64,000 nt of DNA from Gracilinanus agilis (lineage: Eukaryota): NCBI RefSeq assembly GCF_016433145.1, contig NC_058134.1, positions 215,265,475 to 215,329,474 of the forward strand, read 5' to 3'. Both the position numbers and the translations under genes were made by a program. Position 1 is the first letter of the stretch, and each line of letters starts with the position of its first letter. The notes beneath the pieces were generated by a model that had not been told where the DNA came from, ran no database searches, and was given only the letters and a program-made list of their open reading frames with translations. Positions 23,405 through 39,479 of the stretch are shown here, piece after piece.

Positions 23405-23915
23405 CCATTGGGGAATGGCTGAACAAATTGTGGTATCTGCTGGTGATGGAATACTATTGTGCTCAAAGGAATAATAAACTGGAGGAATTCCATGTGAACT
23501 GGAAAGACCTCCAGGAATTGATGCAGAGTGAAAGGAGCAGATCTAGGAGAACCTCAGAACAGAGATGGATACACTGTGGCACAATCGAACCTAATGGACT
23601 CCTCTACTAGCAGCAATGCAAGGATCCAGAGCAAGGCTGAGGGACTTATGAGAAGAAAAACTAGCCACATTCACAGGAAGAACTGTGGGAGGAGAAACAC
23701 AGAAGAAAAACAACTGCTTGAACAAATGGGCTGATGGGAATGTAGACACTAAATGATAACTCTAGCCCAACTATCAATAATATGGAATTAGGTCTTGATC
23801 AATGATACATGTAAAACCCAGTGGAATTGTGTTGGCTATTGGGGGGTGGGGGGGATGGACATGAAACGTGTAACTGGGGAAATATTCAAAATAAAAATTT
23901 TTTATTAAAAAAAAT
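23405..23915 (+). mobile_element. L1 (L1_Mdo-like) 3' end
   Basis: IGEWLNKLWYLLVMEYYCAQRNNKLEEFH (ORF2 C-terminus), the 3'UTR with a G-rich tract, and an A-rich tail. Confidence 0.9.
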
Positions 23916-24026
23916 TTGAGATCTGAGGGAAAAACAAACAAAAAACAGCCCAGTCCTCAGGGAAAGTAAATTTTATCTACACCAAACACAGAAGCCAAAG
24001 CTGGTGCAAAGATTTTTTGTTTTTTT

Positions 24027-24032
24027 TTTATT
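24027..24032 (-). terminator. Candidate distal MIEF1 poly(A) signal
   Basis: AATAAA on the - strand followed by GU-rich TTCTGTGTTTGGTGT. Would give a ~3.2-kb 3'UTR. Confidence 0.4.
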
Positions 24033-24980
24033 ATTATTTTATGTTCCCACTCTTTAAGTCACAGACTCCTTGGCTTCGATGTCTTAGGAGAGGAGAAAAG
24101 ACAGCAGGTAGGTCGTCCCAGTGCTTGTCCTGGGAAGGGTGCCTGGATCTGGAGTTCAGAACTGACCAGAACACTGAACCCAAGCACCTAGTCCCACCCT
24201 CAAGGCCTGCCCGGGTCACCTGTCCAGCTCAGAGTACATATGGATTCAATGACAACACGTGTAGCAAAGGGCAGCTTGGGAGCTTGGTCAGAACCCCTGC
24301 AAGTCCCAGATCAAATCAGCTTTCAGAGACAGGGAACAACAGGACAATCCCAGCCCCAATCCCTGCACTCCCAGGCCTTTGGTCAGCTATCACCACTAAA
24401 CTCTATGAGGCCTGTAACCCCACAGCACAGCAGTGATGGGAAGATGCTCCAAGCGGGGAAAGCCTGGCCTGATACATCCTGCTCCCAACTTTGGCTCTTA
24501 GGACAGAAAAGGCAGAGACTCTATAGACCAGGTTCAAGGCCAAGTCCAGAGCCTCAGGGGAGGCTTAATGGCTTTCTCCATAGGATCCATTCTATCTTTG
24601 CTCTTTAAAATGAAGCAGCAAATAAAAATTCTAATAGAGGCCTGGACTTAAAAAAACACCAGTCACTTCTTTCCTTTAATAATAAAAATGTCTCAATTAA
24701 ACATAGGGGTCAGGGGGAAATCCTAACTAATTTGTTGGGGGAACAAGGAGGAACCCCAAAACCCCAATAACCAGTTTGATTTCTGAGATACCAAGTCAGG
24801 CCACACACACTTTTAAAAGGTGTTTATGCCAGTAAAGACGTTCTCAGGATTTGATGTTAGTATAGTTCAATAAGTGAAGAGATGGCAGCACCTCATCTCT
24901 CCCCCCAAAAAGTTGGAATTCTGCTGCCCATCCCTTGCATGAGCAAAGGTTTGTGTCCAAAGGAGCCATAAACTTGGGCC

Positions 24981-25175
24981 ATTTTTTTTTTTTTAATCCT
25001 CACATTCCACCTTAGAATCAAAGTATTGGTTCCAAGGCAAAAGAGCAGTACAGACTAGGCAATGGGAGTTAAGTGACTTGCCCAGGGTCACACAGCTAGG
25101 AAGTATCTAATCCAGATTTGAACCCAAGACATTTCATCTTTAGGCCTGGCTCTCTATCCACTGAGCCACCTGCTG
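24981..25175 (-). mobile_element. SINE1_Mdo-like SINE
   Basis: Poly(T) followed by the reverse-complement SINE. Confidence 0.8.
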
Positions 25176-25424
25176 CCGCCTCTCATATTTCTTTTTGATT
25201 CTATGGACTGCTTCCTGTCTCCTCATAGTGTGGTAAGATCAGCCTGTTTGCCTGTTTGAATTTGAAGCTATTCTGGAATAATTCTTCCTAATTCAATTCA
25301 CTTTTCCCCTCTGAGAAATACGGTTACTTTTTTTTTTTTTTTAAAGCTCCATTGTTCAGGTTAAGAAGCTAAAGTATAGGGAGTTTGGAGAGCAAGATAG
25401 AGAAATTGCAGATTTTAAAACACC

Positions 25425-25430
25425 TTTATT
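25425..25430 (-). terminator. Candidate proximal MIEF1 poly(A) signal
   Basis: AATAAA on the - strand followed by U-rich sequence, ~1.8 kb after the stop. Confidence 0.4.
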
Positions 25431-27234
25431 GGGCAGACCTCCTCAGTCTCCTGCCAGAAGGCATGTTCTATGAGCAATCAGAATCCCATAGACACCCACC
25501 CACCAACAGCTCCCTCAACAGCAAGAAGAGGAAGAGGCAGGGATTCTATAAACTATACTCCACCCCCTACCCCCACCCCGGACTTCATTCCCCAGACTCT
25601 AAGGTGCCTCCTCCTAGAAATCCAGGAAGCTGAGGATCTGGTCTCCTTTCTGTTTCCTGTTTCCTGACTGTTTCACCATTGAAATCCAGGGAACAGTGAA
25701 TCTCATTGAGTGGGGAGGTAGAGAAAGCAGAAGCAAAATACTAAGATTTGGCGGTAGGAATACAAAATGCTGGGTAAGAAGGCCAGCGATAGGGCCATTG
25801 ACAGCCCCTTACCACAAACAGAAAAAGAAACACACAACAGTAAGACACATTGCCAATATGTATTAAACGCCTCCCTCCCCCTCAGGACAACTTTACATTG
25901 CAATAAATAGTGCATTTTTAACAGCGGGCAACAAGGACAAGGGGGAAGAGGGGGGAAATAGAGTAAGATTTCCTCTCTCACCCCCATCTTCCCTTTCAAG
26001 GCCCTTATTTCTCCCCAAGTGCTGATAGACACAGGACAAAGGGAAGGGATGTGCATGTTCTAGCAGCCTCTGGCAGATACAGGGTTAAAGCATCCTTTTG
26101 ACAATCCAATCCCCTTTTCCAAGGGCACTAAAGCTTCAAGGCAGGCTTGGCCCCTGCTGAAACAAGAAGCTATGAAGGGGACACAGCACAAACATGAAGC
26201 CAGGAGGGGGGCCCTTCAGTGCCATCAGCAAGCATTCTGGCCTCTCACCAGACACCCACCATTTGTTGTTGACCACAGCTAATTGCTATAGAAGGGTGGC
26301 TAGAAAAACACAGCAACCCCAGTGATGTGCGATACCTCAGGGGCCTATGACCCTCCTTCCTCTCCTGAATCACTTGGTCAAAGTTAACTCCAGAGCTGAT
26401 AGAGAGGAAGTGGCTACCACAAGCCTCCTGAGCACCAAGGCAGGATAGTCACTCTGTACCTCCAGTCTACTCCTCTGGGCACCTCCTCTACTCTCTCAGA
26501 GAAAGCCACAGAAGAGAACCTGGAACCCAGTTTCTAGTCATCCCTCCCAGAAGAGAGAACTTTCCATCTGAGATGCTCTCAGCCTTTCCCAATCTGCCTG
26601 ATCTTAGCTTTCCCTGGCCAGGTGAGGGAAGTGGTAGGTGGGGTAGGCCCCCATCCAACCCCCAAGAGCCTGCCTGCCTTCTGCCTTTGCAGACAGAACA
26701 TGGCCCTCGGGACAGCCCCAGCAGCCATCCCACAGATCCTGGATACTCACTCTCACCATGCAAAATGCATTTCATAAATATTCATTGCTACAGAGCAACA
26801 TTCACTTATGAGACAGTATCTTGGTCAAGCAGATGTGCTCCAGGGAAAGGAGCTAGATGGACAGAGGGGGCAACAGTAAAAGAAACAAAAAGTGTTTTAA
26901 AAGTAGGGCCAGGTGGGGCAGCTGAAGTCACCAAATGACTTAACAGCTTGCTCCCCACCTTTCCTGCTGCACTTTATGGAAGTTGGCCTTGCTAAAAAGG
27001 ACAGTGAAAAAAAAAGGGGGGGAGGCACAGTGTTTAGTGACAGAAAAAAAGGAGGGCAGGGCAAGAAAAGGCCATTCTAGTTGGCAGGTAGTGACCTGGG
27101 CTTGATGACCAGCAAGACTGGAGGCACCGAGGAACCCAGAGAGGCATTGCCTCGGCAGCAGAGTCCAGAGAGTGTTTCTGACAATCTCCAAGGCCCGACC
27201 ACCTAATACGCATCACAACTGGCTTTCCCCTCTA

Positions 27235-30050
<2,816 letters not shown>

Positions 30051-32026
30051 TGCTCCCCTAGGGGAAAGAACAAAAGAAGATATACAATGCTACCAATGAG
30101 TGACAACTTAACCAGTGAAGCCCTCACCCTCTCTAGAACTCCAGGTTGTTTCTGCTCACACCATCCCCACCACCCTTCTGACATCACGTCTCATACCTTC
30201 ACCAACCCATGGAGCCATCTGTCTCCTTCTTGCCTGTCCTTAGACTTCTGGATGGACAAATGCACTACACTGGGTACCAGCCAACCCAAGCCTCTTGCCT
30301 CACCCTGTATGCTTCAGAGGGAGATAACTGAGTCTTATGACACAGTTGGCAAGGTGAGAGTTGGGGGTAAGAATAAGTTCATTTATGATAGGAAGAAAAG
30401 CTCTTCCTTTTTTTATATAAAATTTCTTTAACTCAATGAACATCCTCTTGTCTCATGACGTATAGTCCAGCCGATTCCAATTCCCTGGCTGCATCTATAA
30501 AAATCTGCATGGCTACTTTGGGCTCCATTTCTCCTAAAGAAAGATAGCCCATTATACTGGCAGAGAAGGGTAATAACAAACTCAAATGTGGAAAAGACAA
30601 AACAGGCTGAAAATCCTTTTTGGGTACTCTTTTTGTAACTGTTGAGTTACAAGGTATTTGTTCTGGGAGATAAGTATGTAAATGAGAAAAATGAGAATAA
30701 ACATGTCTATCTAGGTCTGATAGTGATGAACAGAGTAAATACTTCCAGCAAGAGACATACTTGGAAAAGGAAAAAAAAATTCCATGCCATTCAGGTTCAG
30801 TCCCTCTCTCTCATCGAAGATGCCATCAGATTTGGTCTCCTATCTCTAGAGTCCTCAGGGTCACTAGGGATGTTCACTGGTCAGTCTGTATGGTCAATAC
30901 TTAGGTACAAGGATAATTCCCAAACAAGCTTGTATCCTGAATAGTCCCAAGATGGGATAAATTCAGGTCAGAATTATTCTTCATACTGCTGACCTATTTG
31001 CCAGCAATAAGATAAGGACAATCAGCATTACATACTGTGTAGGACCCTGGTCAGATCCCCCATTCCCAGAAGCTCATGGGTACTTAAGATTTTTTACTGC
31101 CTGCCACCAATATCTCCAAAAGCACTTTAACAAGCAATATTTGACCTTTGTTAATAATTCTGTTATGCAAGTTGGGCTGTGGCATTCTTGAACTTCAAGT
31201 TATTGCCTTTCCAGCTGCTGCACAGTCCTCTCCATTACATTAGAATATTAAGCTTCTTGAGGGCAGACACTAATTTGCTAGTCTGTGTATTCCCAGGGCT
31301 CAGCACAGGGCCTGGAACATAGTAACCACTTATAAATAAATGCTCTTGTTCACTTGAATTGCATTGAGTTGATTCCAGTTCTAAACAATGTTAACTTACT
31401 GTTCCATCATTTCAAAAACTCTGCTGTCATCAGTGTTGCCTTCTCCCAGTTTAAGGCTGGTAATATCCTCACATTCTGAGATTCGATCAGATGTCACAGA
31501 AAGAAAAAAGGGCCTTTATTCTTGCTTTCATTCTGCTGAATGTGGCAGGACTAAGCCTTGGGCTAGAGGTCTCAGAAGGCAGTCTCTAAGAGTGTGTGCA
31601 TTCTCGGCCAGATACTTAGGGAGACAAGCCAACTAGAGTTATTTTTACCTCACAGGTCAGGCAAGAATTTCCATGGTGTTACTCGGCTTCCAAGCCCTCC
31701 CCACCCATTATAAAGCTTGCCTAGACAACTCTAACACAGCTAAAATAAACATGATGATATGGCTCTGCTAGTTTTCAAGTCTGAATTTTCACTGCCTACA
31801 AACTATAGGAATCCCGCCCCCCTCCCAGAAACAAAACCCTTCATTTGTGAAATGGGTAAAAGAGCCCCAAAACACTAACAACCTGGGTCTTATCCTGGAA
31901 ATACAGATGGTATTGGGAGGGGGGGGGGCGGGTAATTACAAAGACACCTAGTGCTAGAGAAGCATTCTCCTGGTCTTAGTTCCTGTCACTGAGAAGGAAT
32001 GAGTCTCTGATAAGAACAACTTTCTA

Positions 32027-32907
32027 GCTTTAAAAGATTGCCTGCCCTTTGATCCAGCCATATCACTGCTAGGTTTGTACCCCAAAGAGATAAGGAAAAA
32101 TACGTAAACAAAAATATTTATAGCCACACTCTTTGTGGTGGCAAAAAATTGGAAAATGGGGGGCGGTGTCCATCAATTGGGGAATGGCTGAACAAATCGT
32201 GGTATCTGATGGTGATGGAATATTATTGTGCTGTAAGGAATGATGAACTGGAGGAATTCCATGTGAACTGGAAAGACCTTCAGGAACTGATGCAGAGTGA
32301 AAGGAGCAGAACCAGGAGAACATTATACAGAGACTATATATTAGTGATTCCCAAAGTGGGTGCCACCACCCCCTGGTGGGTGCTACAGCAATCCAGGGGC
32401 ACAGTGATAGCCACAGGTACATTTATCTTTCCTATTAATTGCTATTAAAATTTTAAAAAAATTAATTTCCAGAGGCCTAAGTAATATTTTTTCTGGAAAG
32501 GGGGCGGTAGGCCAAAAAAGTTTGGGAACCACTGCTATACATAATAGCATAATGGAATGTAAAAGACTTTTCTACTAGCAGCAATACCCAGGACAATCCA
32601 GAGAAACTTATAAGAAAGAACGCTATCAACATCCAGGAAAAAAAACTGTGGGAATAGAAACGAAGAAGAAAAACATATGATCAATCATGTGGTTCGATGG
32701 GGATATGATTGGGTTTTTGGTGTTAAATGATCACTCTATTGCAAATATGAATAATATGTAAATAGGTTTTGAACAATGATACATGTATAACCCAGTGGAA
32801 TTGCTTGTCAGATCTGGGGAGGGAAGAGGAATGGGAAAAATCATGAATCATGTAACCATAGAAAAATAGTCTAAATTAATTAATTTAAAAAAAAAAAAAA
32901 GAAAAGA
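32027..32907 (+). mobile_element. 5'-truncated L1 insertion with poly(A) and a 15-bp TSD
   Basis: ORF2 C-terminus, 3'UTR and poly(A) at 32887-32900. TSD AAGAACAAC(T/C)TTCTA at 32012-32026 and 32908-32922. Confidence 0.92.
32342..32534. mobile_element. hAT-type MITE, copy 1, nested in an L1
   Basis: TIRs (C/T)AGTGATTCCCAAA...TTTGGGAACCACTG and an 8-bp TSD CTATATAT/CTATACAT. Confidence 0.88.
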
Positions 32908-35859
32908 AAGAACAACCTTCTAATGTGAAAGAGTTAGCTTCCTGAGAGCCAATAGTCAGGATTTAGCCTCTAGGTTATATTTCTCTCTCCCCATCTCAAG
33001 TGAGAAGCCTCCTGATTCCTAGAATTCTAATGCAAACTTATCTTACAATCCAAAGAAAACAGATCAGGCCTGTGAAGAATTCTTCCTGCTTGAGGGCAAA
33101 ACATCCTTAACTTTGAGCTAGATAAGATTTCATATATCTAGTGACCTGGAGGAAGAAGCTTTAAAAGTACAACCTGAGAGCTGAAATGGCAAAAATGATT
33201 CATACTTTCCTAGTCAAGTTTGTCTTTTGTGAAGTAGAATTTATTCCTAATTATCCTGTGCTGTCTCAAATAATTTAAATGGAGGAAGCAGCTGGGCTGG
33301 CTGACCTTTGGATGCACCAATGACCTAAAACCTGAAAACACCAGATCTGAGGAAGAAAGGTTTGACCAAGCAAGTCATTAGAATTTTAGGCAAGTTACTT
33401 CACCTGTTTCTCCAGGTATAAAATAGGACTATGACTACTAGCCATACAGATGAAAGGGCTGAAAGCTGGGAAAGACTAAGCTGTAAGAGACAGCAAGGAA
33501 AGTGCAAATTTATTGATGAATAACATGTTATATGCCTTGAGAGCAGTCAACATGGCTGGCCTGACCACAAGTAGCCAACAATACCCTCCCCATCCTTCCA
33601 AGGTGTTAAGGAAGATCCAACAAGAAGTAGTCCAGACTAGAAACTTACCCATTACCCATTGCTTTCATCTAAATAAGGAAGGGGAGGGCACAGGGAACAG
33701 AGTAACAATAGGGGAATGGGGAGGACAGTTAAAACAAATACTGGGGAAGGATTTCTGCTTCTGTAGTGCGTTGAGGTTTATAAAGCCCCCTAAGAGGAAG
33801 TTGGGTTTTTTACACCTTAATTTCTGTGTTAAAAATCAATCAGTTCCAAAGCAGAAGAGAGGTATGGACTAGCAAGTGAGGTTAAGTGATTTGCCCATCA
33901 CACAGCTAGGAGTGAGTGAGGCTGGATTTGAACCTAGGTCCTCTAGACTCCTATCTATAGTGGAGTTCTATCCACTGTGCTATCAGTTGCCCATAGAGGG
34001 AGTTATTTTTAAAGCACTTTCTCCTTTACAATCCAGTAATAGAGGCAATTTAGCATTCTCCTCATTTTACAAATAGGCAAAGAAGTTCAGAGCCCTGTCC
34101 CATAGATAAGAAGTATCAGGCCTGACAGTCCAACCCTCTTACTGGTAACCAACTTAAGGAAGTGGGGAAGATTTGGGGTTTCATCACAGAGACAGGTAAA
34201 GAACTCTCTACTTTCAGGGCAGACACATGCACATACACTAATAACTCCTCAGAAGAGTCTTGCTGAGTTGGCCAAGGGGCACTGAGTTTAGACTTGGTGT
34301 AAATATCTGGATTCAAGTGCCTTTGGCACACAGTATCATAACTATGAGGCCCTGGGAAAGTCACTTATCCTTTCTTGATACCAAGCATCAAGCTAACTTG
34401 TCCACAAATACTAGTGTCCAGTGACAGAAGGCCCACATCATTAATTAACATTCCTTTGGACAGTGGCATCCTTCGGGGCTCACAATCTGGTCGGCAACAC
34501 ACTAATCCTGCTATAAGGAGGTTCTTCTAGCTAACTAGCTAATGAATGCTGTGTCCACCATGGTTCACACAGGTACCAAGAGAGGGACGATATTTACTCC
34601 TACTTTACTAGGTTTTTTTAAAAAATCCTTTCTTTGTTTTAGAATCAATATTGTACAGGGTCACACCACTAGGAGGTATCTGAGGCCAGATTTAACCCAG
34701 AACCTCCAGGCCTGGCTCTTAATCCATTGAGCTACCTAGCTGCTCCAGAGTATAGTCTTGATTTCTGGAGGGCCAACCTGTAGCTCTGGTCACTGCTGAC
34801 CTTACCTGTGCACATAATAAAATATACTGGATTAGGAAGGTGTATAAGTGTTTGGCAGAATAGGAAATGGAAACTGAGAAGTTAACTGTCTTGTCTAAAA
34901 CTTCACCCACAGTTAATCAGGTGGCACAAGCAGGCCAGTGTTCGTTCCTTCCACTAGGACATACTCCTATGAGCATGAGTTCTGGCTTTCCAGACACTGG
35001 TTACTGAAATGATTCTTCCACAGATTACCTAGCCACTACCTAGCCTATGGAAGGCATTCTTCCCTGCTTCCCCAATTTATGATAGTCCCATGAAAGCTCT
35101 AAGGTCACTCAAAGTGGTATAACTCTGAGCTCACTTGCATATAGCTCTCTTTGTTCATGTAAGGCAGAAAGCACATTATCCCCTATTTTATAGATAAGTG
35201 AAATTCAGGCCCACAAAGAAGAGATGTCCTTAGTTGGCCAAGTCCCAGGACATTTCGATATTGAGGTCCCAAGTCCAAGCCCAGGCCTTTCTCCCCCACC
35301 CACAGCCCCACTGTTGCCTTTCCATAGACTCTTCTGTCTTCAGCCATAGTGTATTCTTACCAGGGCTCATCTTGCTTCATTTCTTTAAAAAATGATTCAT
35401 TCTTGAAGGGTCAGTCCCATCTGTCCCTTACTCTTCACTCCAGAGAATACACTCTGGAGAATGTTTCTTTTCTCAATGAACAGCTTCTGGACTTGAGCTG
35501 TTTCAATTGTTCCAAGCACTGGTTTTTCCAGTATCCTCCCTTTGATTTTTAAAAATCTATTCTGTGTGTGAGATTGTTGTTTTGGTCACCATTAGAGAAG
35601 CCTGCCTCCCTTTGGGCCTCAAGTTCTGACTCTTTGACTGCAAAACTGGGAAGGTACAAAGGGCTTTCCTCTAGGAAGAGCAAAAGAAGTTCAGGAATAA
35701 TTAACCCATGTAGAGATGGTAAAAGAGCCACTTGGAGGAGAAGTGCCTTAGCCAAGATGACTGCACAGAAGTGGTACAAAATATAGACTTGGTGCCAGCT
35801 AGAATCCTTGTAAGCCAGGGCCCTCAACCTTTCTGTCTTGTCTACTAACAGTCTTGTCC

Positions 35860-36420
35860 ACCCTTTCTATTCCTGGACTTCTTGACCCTATTCTTTCCTG
35901 AACTCTCTCCTGGTTCTCCTCTTACCTGTCTGACCACTCCTCAATTCCTTTGTTGGATCATCAGCCATATGAAGGTCCTCACCCCACCCCAATGATATGT
36001 CTCCCAAACCTCTATCTTGGGCCCCCCTCCATTACTCTTCTCCCTCCCTTTAGGTGACTAGCTCCAAGGGTTGGATTATCACTTCTATGCTGATGACTCC
36101 CAAATCTATCATGACTGAACAGCAGCCCCCATATCATAAATTACCTTTGAAACATTCCAAACTGGACATCACCAAACTATCTCAAACTAACCCATGGATA
36201 GCACTCATTACTTTTTCCCAAAACAGCTGTCAAAGACACCATCAATGTTCAATCTGTCAGGGTCTCACTTTGGCACTATCCTCAAGTTCTCAATCATCCC
36301 AATCAGTGACCACATCTTGTTATTTCTACCTCTAAAGTCTTTCAAACTGCATCCCCTTCTCTCTATACAAAGGAATCACAGGCAATGCCTAAGCTACATC
36401 TTCTGATCATACACAGAATG
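35860..36420 (+). mobile_element. L2 LINE fragment
   Basis: CTTCTATGCTGATGACTCCCAAATCTAT (RT YADD-type motif, FYADDSQIY) and typical L2 pyrimidine-rich sequence. Confidence 0.7.
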
Positions 36421-36789
36421 CCATGTTTAACTGAGAAGAGAAGGTTGGCCAAATGGGAGGGTATGAGGGGAGCAGGAGGCAGAGGAACAAGGCAGAAAGG
36501 GAGCTAGAGAAGCCATGGCTGGCATGGGCTGGGCCCCTTTGGCATCATACAACCAAGATTCTTAATGTCAGCAGATGGGGTAACTTCCTCCACAGGTCTT
36601 CATCACATGGTCCATCACTTGGGATTTCTCCCCCCTTCTATAAAAGTCCCACTGTTAGAATACAATCTACTTGAAAACAGGCAGTATTTCTTTCAGTCTT
36701 TGTCTTTGTATCCCAGAGGAGTCTAACACAGGGCAAGCTTAAGCACACAGCTAGAGCTTAATAAATGCTTGAATTTCATCATGTATAAA

Positions 36790-37935
36790 AGGAGGACATC
36801 ATTTATAGGTCACACAATCAAACTGCCTTTTCTCAGTCTCCTAGACCAGATCCTCTTCCAGACCCTCAGGGTTTCAGTCTTGGGCCCTCTTCTCTTCTCC
36901 TTTGGTACCACTTCACTGGTGATGTATGTCATCAGTTCCCATGGATTCAATGACCATCTCTAAGCTAATGATTCTCAAATCTACCTCACCTGCCCCAACC
37001 TCTGACTGACCTCCAGTCTCTCATCTCCAAATGTCTCTTTTAGACAATTTGAACTGGATATCCAGCATATACCTTAAACTCAGGAAACCATCTTTCCCCC
37101 TACACCCTCCCTGATCCTAACTTCCCTAACTGTAAAAAGAACCACTGTGTTCCCAAGCTCTTAAGACTCACAAATGTAGTTATCCTGTATTCCTCACTCT
37201 CTCTCACCTCCCCCCACCCCCCAACCAAACTGTGGCCAAGGTCTATCAAGTTCACTTTTGCACTATTTCTTGATTATGCACCCTCCTCTCCTCTAAGACT
37301 ACTCCCACTTCACACTTGACTATTGCATTAGCCTGCTGGGGGGGTGGAGAAGGGAGGGGTGTTACCTGACTCTATAGTCAGTCCAATCCATCTTTCATTC
37401 AGCCACTAAAGTGATGTTCCTACAGTACAGGTCTGACCATACCATCCCTCCCCTCCCCCCCAATCAATAAACTCCAGTGGCTCACTATTGTCTCCTAAAT
37501 CAAACATAATACCCCATTTAGTGTTCAAACCCTTGATAACCTAACCCCCTCCTAACTTTCCAGGCTTCTTACACTTTACTACTACCATTCCCTTCCCATC
37601 TTATTCTTCATTCCAGTGACAATGGCCTCCTCATCTCTCAGCTCTGGGTATTTTCTGGCTTCCCTTCAAGTTCCAACTAAAATCTCATCTTTTACAGAAA
37701 GTCATTCCCAACCCTTAATTCTAGGGCCTTCGAACTTTAGTGATTTCCTCTTTTTCCTACTTGTTGCTTGTTTGTATATTATTGGTTTCCTTGTGATCTC
37801 TCCCATCAGTTTGTGAGCCCTTGGGGGCAGGAATGTCTTTTGTTCTTTTTTTGTTGTTTCCCCAATATTTAACCCAGAGCTGGTCACAATGCACATTAAG
37901 CACATGCAGTGCTTAATAAATATTTACTGACTACT
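36790..37935 (+). mobile_element. L2 LINE 3' portion
   Basis: L2 ORF2/3' signatures ending in GTGCTTAATAAATATTTACTGACT. Confidence 0.75.
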
Positions 37936-38967
37936 AAGACACAACAAGTAATGTCAGGCTTTTTAAAGGAAGGTGCTTCATAAACACTAACAGTGTTTTG
38001 TAAATGTGTTATCCCTGTCATTAAATCACTGCTCTGATTCTAAGAGGCCTGTGTACTAGAGTTAGAGTACTGAACTTAAGAGTCAAGAGCCTGGGCTTGA
38101 GTCTTAACTCCAATGATTTCTAGCTGGCCACATTCCTCATCTATTTTGTCATCTATAAAATGGGTACAATAATAATACCCAAGAGCAGCTAACTAGCTAG
38201 TGCACCAGGCCTAGAGTTGGAAATCAGATTTAAACACACACACAATAATAATAATGCCAAAATCTTAATAAGACCTGATATTTACATAGGATTCAATGTT
38301 TGAAGATGGATTTGTAAAAAATTATCTTCAGTAAGTCTACCTACCTCACAGGGTTGTAAGGGAAATCATTTGAAAATCTTAAAATGCCAGAAAAACAGAA
38401 GAGGTGTTACTTGCCTTTTACTCTCTTTCCTGCTCATCCCAGGGAATAAAGGAAATAAGAGTTTAGGTAAGTTAGTGCTGTGTAGCAGAAAAACCCCTGA
38501 ATAAAGGGCCAATCGAAGTGAATTTGAATCCTGGATCTCCTTGCACCTCCCCCAGCTGAGTGACCTTGGAAAACAAATGACTACATCATTTTAAGATTTA
38601 CAAAGTTCTTTCCCTAAGTAGCCTGTGAAGAGAGAGATTGTACAAGTACCACCTTGTCCATTTTATAGAATGGGCAGATTCTGTCAGGAGATGAAGTGAT
38701 CCATCTGCCAGTGAAGGGAAAAGCGAGGGTTTTCCAAAATTCTGGGGTGGTGACTCCAAATCCTGCTTTCTTTCCTGTGATCCATAGCTGTGGTCTTTCT
38801 TCACTTCTAAGCCCTCAAGTGCACAAACTCTTGGTTATTTCTAGGCAACTGGCTTCCTGGCCTTGTCTAAATGGTTTGGATGTGAGTTCTGATTATGGCT
38901 GTGTGACCTTTAACCAGTCCCTTCCCACCCCTGGGGCCCAGCAGCCCTCAGAAAGATTGGACAGGGA

Positions 38968-39368
38968 GCAGACAAGTGGCACAGTGGATAGATCACAATG
39001 CCTGGAGATGAGAGGTCCTGAAATCTAGCCTCTAGACCAGTGGTTCCCAAACTTTTTTGGCCTACTGTCCCCTTTCCAGAAAAAGTATTACTTAGCGCCC
39101 CCTGGAAATTATGAAATATTTATTGAACTCAGAATAGAATGTAATACAAAAAGCGTGGCAATCACCGATCCTCTTGGATCGCTGCAGCACCCACCAGGGG
39201 GCGGTAGCGCCCACTTTGGGAATCACTGCTCTAGATACTTCCTAGAGGTGTGACCTTGGGCAAGTCACTTATCTCCCACTGCCTACCCTTCCCCCTCTTC
39301 TGACTTCTAAATGCATTGATTTAGAAAAGCATTGATTCTAAGACAGAAGATAAGGGTTTAAGAAAAAA
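38968..39368 (+). mobile_element. SINE1_Mdo-like SINE split by a MITE
   Basis: 5' half at 38968-39037 and 3' half at 39229-39368. Confidence 0.8.
39038..39228. mobile_element. hAT-type MITE, copy 2 (different internal segment)
   Basis: TIRs CAGTGGTTCCCAAA...TTTGGGAATCACTG and TSD CTCTAGAC/CTCTAGAT (Charlie-type NTCTAGAN target). Confidence 0.9.
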
Positions 39369-39479
39369 AGTCCTGAGCAGAGCACACTTGGACCCCAATA
39401 AGTTGGCCTTCGAAACTGGAACAGATCTCTCAAATGTCCTAAAGACTCTAAAACAAAGGATCGGTTCCCGGGAAAGAAG

